Positions 21,529-32,243 are shown, numbered from the whole stretch's first letter. The stretch is 62,315 nucleotides of DNA, filler included, from Stramenopiles sp. TOSAG23-2 (GCA_900128395.1; 35 parts of 35 records of this genome joined end to end with filler, not necessarily neighbours in it); one strand, 5' to 3'. Numbers and translations: made by a program. The notes: generated from the sequence alone by a model not told the origin.

Positions 21529-23216
21529 CTCAAGCCAACCAAGTAATATTATAATACAAACAATACAATGATAATAAACAAATTACATAATACAAATATT
21601 CGATGTTAGTTTGGATCAATTACAAATAAGCATATAGAAAAGATTATTGATTGATCACCACGATTTACATTTATTTACTTACACCCTAAATCATATTGAT
21701 CAAATCAATAACATATCAAGCCAACGAAGTACATAAAATACTTACCATCGAATTACCTGATACGACACTGTCACTTAAACTCAGTGTACCACTTGTTATA
21801 TAAAATCCTCCACCCTTCAAATACGTGTATTATGTTAGTTTGGATCAATTACAAATCACCATATAGAAGAGAAAATTATTGATTGATCGACATCATTTAC
21901 ATTTATTTACTTACATTCTAAATCATATTGATCAAATCAATAACAATCAAGCCAACCAAGTAATATTATAATACAAACAATACAATGATTATAAACAAAT
22001 CACATAATACAAACATTCGATGTTAGTTTGGATCAATTACAAATAAGCATATAGAAAAGATTATTGATTGATCACCACGATTTACATTTATTTACTTACA
22101 GACTAAATCATATTGATCAAATCAATAATATATCAAGCCAACGAATCACATTATAATACAAACAATACAATGATAATAAACAAATTACATAATACAAATA
22201 TTCGATGTTAGTTTGGATCAATTACAAATAAGCATATAGAACATATTATTGATTGATCAACATCATTTTACATTTATTTACTATCAAGCCAACGAAGTAA
22301 TATTATAATACAAACAATACAATGATTATAAACAAATTACATAATACAAATATTCGATGTTAGTTTGGATCAATTACAAATAAGCATATAGAACATATTA
22401 TTGATTGATCAACATCATTTTACATTTATTTACTTACCATCGAATTACCTGATACGACACTGTCACTTAAACTCAGTGTACCACTTGTTATATAAAATCC
22501 TCCACCCTTCAAATACGTGTATTATGTTAGTTTGGATCAATTACAAATTAGCATATAGAAGAGAAGATTATTGATTGATCAACACGATTTCCATTTATTT
22601 ACTTACATACTAAATCATATTGATCAAATCAATAACACATCAAGCCAACGAATCACATTATAATACAAACAATACAATGATTAAACAAATCACATAGTAC
22701 AAATATTCGATGTTAGTTTGGATCAATTACAATCAGCATATAGAAGAGATTATTAAATGATCAACATACAGCCACATTACCTGATACGACACTGTCACTT
22801 AAACTCAGTGTACCACCTTTTATAAAAAATCCTCCACCCTTTTAATACGTATATATAATGTTAGTTTGGATCAATTACAAATCAGCATATAGAAGAGAAG
22901 ATTATTGATTGATCACACATCATTTACATTTATTTACTTACATACTAAATCATATTGATCAAATCAATAACACATCAAGCCAACGAATCACATTATAATA
23001 CAAACAATACAATGATTAAACAAATCACATAGTACAAATATTCGATGTTAGTTTGGATCAATTACAATCAGCATATAGAAGAGATTATTAAATGATCAAC
23101 ATACAGCCACATTACCTGATACGACACTGTCACTTAAACTCAGTGTACCACCTTTTATAAAAAATCCTCCACCCTTTTAATACGTATATATAATGTTAGT
23201 TTGGATCAATTATTAT
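21529..23216. repeat. Modular tandem array formed by near-identical introns and exons of the microexon gene
   Basis: tgttagtttggatcaattac recurs about 10 times, and a ~335-bp unit is repeated (22607 to 22942; 22770 to 23105). Confidence 0.97.
21683..23173 (-). CDS. Spliced beta-helix (Pmp-like GG..N repeat) gene fragment built from 69-nt exons and 3-nt microexons
   Basis: Exons in transcription order: 23173-23105, 22944-22942 (TAT), 22838-22770, 22609-22607 (TAT), 22506-22438, 22102-22100 (TCT), 21917-21915 (AAT), 21814-21746, 21685-21683 (GGT). All are AG|exon|GT(A/G) bounded and phase 0. Joined product: GGGFFIKGGTLSLSDSVVSGNVA-Y-GGGFFIKGGTLSLSDSVVSGNVA-Y-GGGFYITSGTLSLSDSVVSGNSM-S-N-GGGFYITSGTLSLSDSVVSGNSM-G. 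Confidence 0.85.
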
Positions 23217-23516
23217 NNNNNNNNNNNNNNNNNNNNNNNNNNNNNNNNNNNNNNNNNNNNTTAATTAATTAANNNNNNNNNNNNNNNNNNNNNNNNNNNN
23301 NNNNNNNNNNNNNNNNCACATGTTTTTCAATAAAAAGTAGAAATATATATGTTAAAGTGGTATAAATGTATGGTTTAGAATACTAAATAATGTACTTAAA
23401 TATACGCTATTATATTTTAGGATTTACGTTTTCGGGTTTCCATATTAGACGCTGTGGATCTTAAATTACTTTTACTTTTTAAACATTTTAGTTTTTAATG
23501 AACATGGTCATGGATA

Positions 23517-24524
23517 TCAAACGTATCTTTCACGTTTAAACTTTACTTTATCCTCAAATATCAATGGGTTTGACGTAGGTTGTATATCTCTTATTGCTGG
23601 ATGAGCCATTAACATGGCAAATTCTAAATACAATTTATGTCCACCAGCACTTCTAGCAAATATATACGATGGATATTTTTTATTATATTCTTCTTCCTCC
23701 TCCATATTTACTAAATCGCTAATATCAGCGATATCACATAAAGATAAAAATACTTCCTTTGCTTTTTGTTGCACTTGTTCATCTTTACTTTTTGTATGTA
23801 AAAAGAAAATATCCCATACGACATTTGAATTAATAAGAAAGTCGCGATGAGAGCGCTTACCCCTTGACCAAAATGGCACACTGTTACTCCTTGTATATAC
23901 AAATATTATATGGTATACGCTCGAATTATTGTTTTCTCGCATCATATTATCTGTTTTAATTTCAACTAACTCACAAATAGATGAAAAATCAACTGGTGCA
24001 CCCTTTGAATCACCTACGATATCAATTTTATCAATAGCATTTAAAATTTCACGTTTATTGGATGAAAAATTCAAAAAGCAACCTATATGTTCCCCAAGTA
24101 TATATATAGAAAATTCAACCGTTTTGCTGTAATGATTTGGCATGCTTAATTTATTTTCAACAAATATTGACATACAATCTTTTATTACTTCCAGTCGTGA
24201 TTTACGTTTTGTATATAATTCAGTAGCTTCTTTATCAGCATCGATGATGAATATTATTCGTTCTTGCAAACAAATATATTTGTTTGATATTATAGTAGCA
24301 TGGTTGTTGTTGTTGTCGTCGTTGTTGTTTTTAGTAGTAGTAGTAGTAGTCGTGGTTCTATTGTTTAACATGGATGATAAATCTGGTTCTGCTGGCTCTG
24401 CAACTATTATTTCTTCATTTATCGTATGATTATGATCATCTGGCAATGTTTCAACTACAATTGCGGATGCCACTGTCGCATCGTCATTCGCTTCCTCATG
24501 TTCATGTACTGTAATGGCCGACAT
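23517..24524 (-). CDS. BABAM1: BRISC/BRCA1-A complex member 1 (MERIT40/NBA1), vWA-like
   Basis: ERIIFIID..E...SRLEVIK..IFVENKL, HIIFVYTRS, WDIFFLH and MLMAHPAIR.IQ match the MERIT40 pattern; complete ORF. Confidence 0.8.
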   Translation of the reverse strand: MSAITVHEHEEANDDATVASAIVVETLPDDHNHTINEEIIVAEPAEPDLSSMLNNRTTTTTTTTKNNNDDNNNNHATIISNKYICLQERIIFIIDADKEATELYTKRKSRLEVIKDCMSIFVENKLSMPNHYSKTVEFSIYILGEHIGCFLNFSSNKREILNAIDKIDIVGDSKGAPVDFSSICELVEIKTDNMMRENNNSSVYHIIFVYTRSNSVPFWSRGKRSHRDFLINSNVVWDIFFLHTKSKDEQVQQKAKEVFLSLCDIADISDLVNMEEEEEYNKKYPSYIFARSAGGHKLYLEFAMLMAHPAIRDIQPTSNPLIFEDKVKFKRERYV

Positions 24525-24763
24525 GCTCTATTGTATATATATCGTATCTATGTTTACATACATGCATATATACATATATGTCGGAAAAGTATTTCAGAGT
24601 CCGCAGATGGCCCTTGGCTAAAAAGCATTTTCTTCTACAGTACGTAATGGATTTTTGTTTTGGGCACTTGGCTGAGAAAAAAAATAATGGAACATCAGTC
24701 TGAGTGTAGTGGTCTGTTTTACCAGTATAGAGCTAGCTCTAGCTAGTAGCCTTGTAAATAAGA

Positions 24764-25002
24764 CGGATGAAACTCTTCCCAAAACAGGGGTAGTGAAATT
24801 AGTACAGATTTAGTATACCATAAATATTTGATAGGTAGATCTTGGAAGATAATAAATCCATAAAATCCAAAAATGACCAATGTTAATTGGATGAAAATAT
24901 CTAGAATATCCGATTTATGGTATTACCTATATAAATATATATTTATAGTATACTAAATCTGTACTAATTAGACCACGCCTGTTTTGGGAAGAGTTTCATC
25001 CG
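24764..25002. mobile_element. MITE-like element, family D (25 bp perfect TIR extending imperfectly to ~60 bp)
   Basis: cggatgaaactcttcccaaaacagg pairs with cctgttttgggaagagtttcatccg; inner arms aattagtacagatttagtatac / gtatactaaatctgtactaatt; related copy at 32618-32790. Confidence 0.85.
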
Positions 25003-25102
25003 NNNNNNNNNNNNNNNNNNNNNNNNNNNNNNNNNNNNNNNNNNNNTTAATTAATTAANNNNNNNNNNNNNNNNNNNNNNNNNNNNNNNNNNNNNNNNNN
25101 NN

Positions 25103-26788
25103 TCGATGTCATTGTCAAACCCAAAAAAGCTCGGATTAAATTCTATACACAATGACCTTTCCCCATCGTGGGAATCGTCATCTGCAGTTGCACTATTTAA
25201 TAATGTTGGAAATGCCAACGGTGGCAATGCACCCATGTTTAACGGGAGATTAATTCTACCGCGGATTAGTCTCTTTTCATAATCAAACAAGTGAACGCCG
25301 GTCCATGCCATAGCAATATGTTCATTGTTTGCGCATATTTCAAAAGTAGCAAATGAGGTTAGCGGCAAATCTTTGATTTTGCATCCTAAATCAATAAATA
25401 CGTCCACAGGTATTATTAGCTTTTGACCGAATTCAATATCTACTGTATCCATTTCAATATCGTTATCAAATGTACTTTCAACAGCACATCGGGGTGTTTC
25501 ATATTTGAGACTCCCTTTTTCAATTGGACCTAACAAGGATGGTGACGATTCACCACACCCAGTCCCAGGCGATGGCCATAATTTTACGCGCACACGAAAT
25601 AGCATGGCACTTTGGCAACACCGTACCTTCTTGTTTTTCAATCCAACAAATAAATCTTCACAGTTGTCTAAATGCTTGACTTTCAATTCTATATTATTCT
25701 CAAGCGTGTGAGATTCATGTACATATGTTGAGTTGCAACAAGTTAACAGTTCGTCCTCGTGTATGTTCAAAGATGCAGTTCTAACAACACCTTCCACCTT
25801 CATCATATCCTCGGGTGTAAATGGATTTGCTGCTGGTCGCACAATTTGTAGGACAATCAGCGGCTCTTCGTCGCTTGCACTTATTGAATCATCTAAAATG
25901 AGATTCACCATGTCGGTTGACCTGGATTTTTCATTACCTTTTTGAGTTTTGAACTGCTCGCTAAATGTTGCGTTTTCATTTTCATATCCAGATGCAAAAA
26001 TTGGCAAAGCCATGACCGTATAATCAATTTGCTTTAAACTTTGCATCATACCCATGGCGCTTTTGTCATAATATGGATGGTCCCAAGCATGATCCTCTAG
26101 AATTGGCAAAGCCATGACCGTATAATCAATTTGCTTTAAACCTTGCATCATACCCATGGCGCTTTTGTCATAATATGGATGGTCCCAAGCATGATCCTCT
26201 AGTACAAATTCTCCGGTCCTTGCAACACCACGCATTATCCCTAATAATTTTGTCAAAATTATTTTATCACTAGCTTTGGACGATATCTGGATTGATTGCC
26301 CAGCTTTATCTCCATAAAGTGGTATTGCAATTGATATCTCCGATGCTTTGATAACTTTATTGTCTAAAAATAAAAGTAAACGGTGAATTATATCGCGTGC
26401 GGTTAATTCAGGTCCAATTACTTTTAAAAAGTCTAATTGTAATGAGCCAGATATTTTCTGAACATCTTGATTCCCAAGCGATGATTTCAAAGTCTCTACC
26501 ACAGACCAGGTCTTAACAATTTTCTTTTGCCTTGGTAAATTACCAACACCCTCCGTCTGCCTATTTTCACTTAAATTTCCGGATATCTCCCCCCAAGAGA
26601 ATGAGTTTGGTACATCTGGATCGCCTTTATAATCGCTTTCAATTTGCATGAGCAAATCATTATCGCCTTGAACATTGCGTGCATCAGCATCATCTTCGTC
26701 AAAAGTATCCTCCTCCTCCTCCCCCTCCATGTTCTCTTTCACAATTTCATCATCACCTGCAAGTGCATAATTAGGAGTTTCAATTAGC
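25103..26788 (-). CDS. GAF-like domain followed by PI3K-type C2 domain (probable PI3-kinase fragment)
   Basis: GAF-like VMALPIF..EPLIVLQIV..FTPEDM, then KIKDLPL..TFEI..AMAWTGVHLFDYEKRLIRGRINLPL (PI3K C2). Contains an in-frame 102-nt duplication. Confidence 0.7.
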
Positions 26789-26888
26789 NNNNNNNNNNNN
26801 NNNNNNNNNNNNNNNNNNNNNNNNNNNNNNNNTTAATTAATTAANNNNNNNNNNNNNNNNNNNNNNNNNNNNNNNNNNNNNNNNNNNN

Positions 26889-27250
26889 ACGGAAAATTTA
26901 GCACTACATAGCATTAAAAACAAGATTTCAGGTGAAAATATTTTCCGTCAGTAAATGCATTATTTCTATACCTTGGTTTTTTAATTATGGAATTATACAG
27001 TCAAAATATAATATTATTAATAGCTTTAATTATAATGTATTTATGTCAAATTATACATCGGGTATTTATTATAATAACGTTATATCGATATAAAAAAGGG
27101 GAAATGGTCATGAAATCATGATGAAATCGAGAAAAATTTTATAATTACTATTGATAGGTTTATATTTATACTGGTTAGTATAACTGACGATAAATATTTT
27201 CACCTGAAATCTTGTTTTTAATGCTATGTAGTGCTAAATTTTCCGTCAGT
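26889..27250. mobile_element. MITE-like element, family E (~60 bp near-perfect TIR)
   Basis: acggaaaatttagcactacatagcattaaaaacaagatttcaggtgaaaatattt is the reverse complement of 27193-27246; left end cut by the contig edge. Confidence 0.85.
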
Positions 27251-27374
27251 AATTAATGCACAGACTGGGCCAGCTTGCACTCTTCTTCTTTGTTGCAAAA
27301 AAAAGAAAAGAGGTGACACTATAATAGGCAAAATACCTTATTTTATGTTAAAATACATAGACACAGCACTAGTC

Positions 27375-27659
27375 TCATGCAAATAGGCGATAAAACCAGA
27401 GAGATAAAACAGAAAAGCCATATGTTTTAGACATAAATCTTGTAATATGTGTTAATTTGTAATCTCTGTTACCAATGAAAACAACTTTTGACCAAATGCT
27501 TAAACAGTAAGGATGAACTTTATTCTTTACATAATATTTATTCTCCACTAGCATGTCTCCCACATTCGTAAACCATTCATCATTAAACTCCTCTTTCCCA
27601 CTGAGAATATCTTCACACAAAGGTGCAATACTACCGTTCAAATCCAATGCTTCGTCCAT
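27375..27659 (-). CDS. Hypothetical protein or exon
   Basis: 94-aa ORF with protein-like composition and no recognised domain. Confidence 0.3.
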   Translation of the reverse strand: MDEALDLNGSIAPLCEDILSGKEEFNDEWFTNVGDMLVENKYYVKNKVHPYCLSIWSKVVFIGNRDYKLTHITRFMSKTYGFSVLSLWFYRLFA

Positions 27660-29033
27660 TTGTTATTAATATTCATGGCTATATACAAATTATAATTAAA
27701 AGAATAAAAAAGAAAAAGAAGAAAAGAAAAACGATTACTATATATGTACCCTATGTACCATTATATCATTCTTCCTGTCGTACTTAGCATACAACGAGGT
27801 GCATATGTGTGATGTATTACTATTTAGTTTGGTGTCATCTTTATCCTCTATCATCTCGTTGATACCACCATCATTTTATATGTGTGTGAGAAGAACTTCC
27901 AATTTGCGAAAAGTGGTAGTGACGGTCCATGTTGTGTTCACTTTATTAGCATTGGTGTTTAACAATGGTTTTTTCATGGAGTTATACCACCTAGACACCC
28001 TGTGTAGCATCGATTCGGATACACCTTATTTGTATCAACTTGTTTCGATTGCGCTGTTGAATATTAGTGTGATCGTTGGTCACTTAATTGGCCATTTTGT
28101 TATAGTGTGTAGAGTAATGACCTAAATACCTAGAATATTTCATAACTTTTTTTTATTTTCTATTTTTTTTATTTTTTTATTTTTTGTCCAAATAATTGCA
28201 TTTTCAAATCAATCCCAAAACATTCTTACGAATAGGTTCTTACTATAAAACAACAATTGATAACTTAAAATTATGAATCACTTAAAATTACTAACTAAAT
28301 ATAACTAATAATAATGTAAATAATATGTAATAATTAAGGTACTAGAAAGAATAATAATAATGAAATAAATAGACATAATATAATGGAAAATGATACATAG
28401 ATATAATACTATCTTTAGGAACTATAATTACTCTAAGAATACATATAAAATAGAAACAAGAGAAGCGTCACTTCGTATGAGTGTGAGGTAAGCCAGCTCA
28501 TGTCTTACACTCAAGTAGGCTGTTAGTTTATAAACGGACATCTATCAAAATAGCAGGTATACATCACTAAGCGNNNNNNNNNNNNNNNNNNNNNNNNNNN
28601 NNNNNNNNNNNNNNNNNTTAATTAATTAANNNNNNNNNNNNNNNNNNNNNNNNNNNNNNNNNNNNNNNNNNNNTTTTTCTACGGCGTTCACTTCGCTGTT
28701 CTGGTGTATATTTCGATGTTCTAGTTCTTAATCCTTTCATTTAGGGAGGAGAGGGAGAGATAAAGAAAGAAAGAGCGAAAAATGTGTTATAAATATTAAT
28801 AATGTAACAATATCTAAATTATAAATATATATATGTACACAACTGGGTGTAAGTGTTAACTTATATAACTACTAAAAAAATTATGAAAATATTCTTCTTA
28901 TTTGATATTTTGTTTTCATGTCTTTTATTCCTAAGATAAGTGGCACTGCAAAACGGTGTCCCATCCAATTTTGTTCCAATTTGTGATTTTTTATGTGATT
29001 TGTTGTTGTAGTATATATGTAATAATTCATTCA

Positions 29034-29280
29034 ATGATGATGGCGATGGATTTTGCCTTAGAAAAATCAATAACATTTCAGGAATTTTATCATATTAAAA
29101 TAATCATCAAATAATTTTATGACAATTATAAATAATTGAATAATATCGGATATTATTATTCCTATTCCACTATAAATAGTCAGTTCGGTAACTTAAAACT
29201 TCTAAACCCTACACGATAACTCTAATTTTTGTGATTTTAATGCTATGCGATGCTAAAATCCATCCGGCATCATAATTTAA
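29034..29280. mobile_element. MITE-like element, family A, second copy
   Basis: Colinear with 225-480, e.g. aaatagtcagtt.ggtaacttaaaacttctaaaccctacacgataactct. Confidence 0.8.
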
Positions 29281-29284
29281 TCAA

Positions 29285-29500
29285 AACATGAATTTCAAAA
29301 AAGAATTTTACTATTTCATTTTTTAAAAATAAATAAGTGAATCAATATTTAATTTTACAAATAATAATCGGATATTTGTATTTTAATAGTATCAATAATC
29401 GGCATATTTTGATCCAATTTGGTCCCGCTTCATTTGGGTCCGCTTGAACCCTACTCTTCAACTCTGATATAATGCTATTCCTATCCTAATGATTTCGTTC
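29285..29500. mobile_element. Family B element, diverged inverted copy
   Basis: tccgcttgaaccctactcttcaactct..ataatgctattcctat is the reverse complement of ~12832-12877. Confidence 0.65.
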
Positions 29501-29537
29501 GTAGTCATTACAAAAATTACAATGCTATGTAATGTAT

Positions 29538-29668
29538 ATACCTCTATAGCAGGTGAATACCATCATATTTTGTGTACATGATAGGTGATTATACCTCTAT
29601 AGCAGGTGAATACCATGATATTTTGTGTACATGATAGGTGATTATACCTCTATAGCAGGTGAATACCA
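29538..29668. repeat. 53-bp tandem repeat, ~2.5 copies
   Basis: atacctctatagcaggtgaatacca at 29538, 29591 and 29644. Confidence 0.85.
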
Positions 29669-29771
29669 CTAACTGGGAGACGAGGAGGTGCAGAGAAAGG
29701 GTATCGCTGAGTTTAACATGGGCATACCATTGCAGGTTCAGCTGAGGTGAAATTTGATCGATCAAAAATAA

Positions 29772-30010
29772 CCCGATATAATTGTTCCTGTGCCGGCCAG
29801 TCACCGATTTTCGGTACAAATTGTTATGTATACTTAAAAACTATATTACCTATTAAATACACAAATTAATCGAAAACACCCACTCGAAATTTATTGAAAA
29901 CCTGAAAACCGGATTAATTTGTGTATTTGATAGGTAATATAGTGTTTAACTATACATAAAAAATATACCAAAAATCGGTGACTGGCAGGCACAGTAAAAA
30001 TTATATCGGG
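29772..30010. mobile_element. Foldback/MITE-like element, family F (~100 bp imperfect arms, short loop)
   Basis: cccgatataatt..ctgtgccggccagtcaccgatttt..ctatattacctattaaatacacaaattaatc pairs with gattaatttgtgtatttgataggtaatatag..aaaatcggtgactggcaggcacag..aattatatcggg. Confidence 0.85.
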
Positions 30011-30458
30011 ACAAACTGAAAAATTCATCCAATTGATCAATGAAGACACTATAGTTCATATGTGTGTTTGTGTGTGTGTATATCTACGGATTGATATATA
30101 CACATAGAAAATTGAATTATTTAGTTTTGTTGTTGTGTTAGATTCTTTTTTTTTTTGAAGGTTGTGGTGTTATTTTTTTGATTTTTTTTATAATTTTTTG
30201 TTGATTATTATAATATAAATTTAAGAAATTTTACACTGGGATTTTTTAATAATTAGTGGAATTATTGGAAAATATATAATACAATTTTAATAAATAAACA
30301 TGCCGACACATCAAATTCATACATCCGATTCATGGATAGCAAAACAAGTAGTATCCAANNNNNNNNNNNNNNNNNNNNNNNNNNNNNNNNNNNNNNNNNN
30401 NNTTAATTAATTAANNNNNNNNNNNNNNNNNNNNNNNNNNNNNNNNNNNNNNNNNNNN

Positions 30459-31434
30459 CAACAAATCCAATTCGAACTTTGTACGGGATTATATTTTGTT
30501 GTTTTTTTGCTATTTTAATGGTTTCATCCTCTGAATAAACACTTTTACGGCGACGTTTTAAGTTTTTAGCGATCCTATCTTCCTCTTTCAATACCTCCTG
30601 AACACTTTTGACTCTAATAATTTCCCGAAAGATGGAACGTAATTTCGTCCAAAGACAGAAGGCTGGAAACAATGCAATTTGTATCATATCTACAACGGAT
30701 ATTGGCACATTATATCCAAACCACATAAGCAACAGAGGCAGTGCTACACACAGAAAATCCACTAGTATATCGATTTTTATTTGTCGGTCTCTGCGTATAG
30801 GCGAATTTTTCTGCAATACACCATGTCCACGAAAAAAACTGTCTATTCCTAAAGCAATACCGATGCCGGCACTCCATCCAACTGGGAGTGAACATAAATA
30901 TACGGTGAAAAAATTAATCATCTGGTTGATACTTTCACAAAATTCGATAATATAAAGCTTCCACAAAAAGAAAGGACCATTGATAAAGGTTTTTGAATAC
31001 CATTTTAGAAGCGTATTTCCTCCTGAAGTTCTCCTATTTCGCCCAGTAGCACGTTTCGTGTAGTCGTCAGCTATCTTCTTCCATCTCTTTGTAAACCACA
31101 ATACGGCTAGAAAATAGATCAGTCCCATCAACATAAACAGCCAGACAAAGTCTCTATTAAAGTTGTTAAAATACGACGTGTATTCGTATGTGATGTATCC
31201 AAACAAGCTAGCTATGAGTAGCATAAATAATAAGACAACGACACCTTCACACCCAACATGTGTACAAAACTTTATATTTACACGAACAACTGTATCTCTG
31301 CGTTTGGATTGTTTTGGTGGTGCAGTTAACTCTAGGGAAACTTCAGAAGGGCTACGAGTCACCTCTTCTTGATCCACAACTATTGTTTTTTTTTCTTTCG
31401 GTTCATAGGATTGGTTATTAGACAATGTTGCCAT
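30459..31434 (-). CDS. Multi-pass membrane protein, 5' part, unknown function
   Basis: Likely start MATLSNNQ; at least five hydrophobic segments; frame open to the contig edge. Confidence 0.7.
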
Positions 31435-32243
31435 GTTAATTGTTGTCGTATTCGCTCTACGGTAATATATCAATAAATAGTGTTGCGATGTGTTATGAAA
31501 TTTGACAGAGAATGTTTGTTTTGGTATACGGTACAATAATAAATTGGTTGAAAAAATTTAAATTAATATTTATTTTTCATGTAGAAATGATGATTTTCGA
31601 TGCAATTTTATTGGGGTTGCTATATCCCACTGTAGGAATAGTGGGCGTAGCATTGGTGGAGAATTGGCTATGAAGTCGATCAGTCATCTATGATAGTGCC
31701 TTGTCGATGATTGAAAATACATCATACAGTTCAAAAAATATATAGACAATGCACATACATTTATTTTTTTTTTACTCGCACGACATTTTTATTTTCATAC
31801 ACCCATGTGCATATAGTACAACATCGTTTTGCCCATGATATTTTATTTTATATTATTTCCTCTATTATTGTTACGCTGTTTTTTTTTTAAATTTTACATT
31901 GTTTTTATATGGTTACACTTTTTATTTTTTATCATGATTTTTTTTTTTTCAAGACTTTTACATTTATTTTTTATTGCTTTTACATTTATTTTCTTCTTTA
32001 TTTGTTACATTTAATTTTTTGACTTCTTGTTTTGTTTCTTTATTTTTTGAAATCTTACATTCATTTTTTTTTCACGTTTACAATGATTTTCATATTGTTT
32101 TGCCATGCATGTTGTTGACATCGTTGTTTGGGCACCATGAATANNNNNNNNNNNNNNNNNNNNNNNNNNNNNNNNNNNNNNNNNNNNTTAATTAATTAAN
32201 NNNNNNNNNNNNNNNNNNNNNNNNNNNNNNNNNNNNNNNNNNN

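Noticed and set aside
21529-23216. CRISPR array or plain satellite/centromeric DNA
   Set aside because: The spacers are not unique and there are no cas genes. The modules carry donor, branch-point and acceptor signals and exact 69-nt and 3-nt coding blocks.
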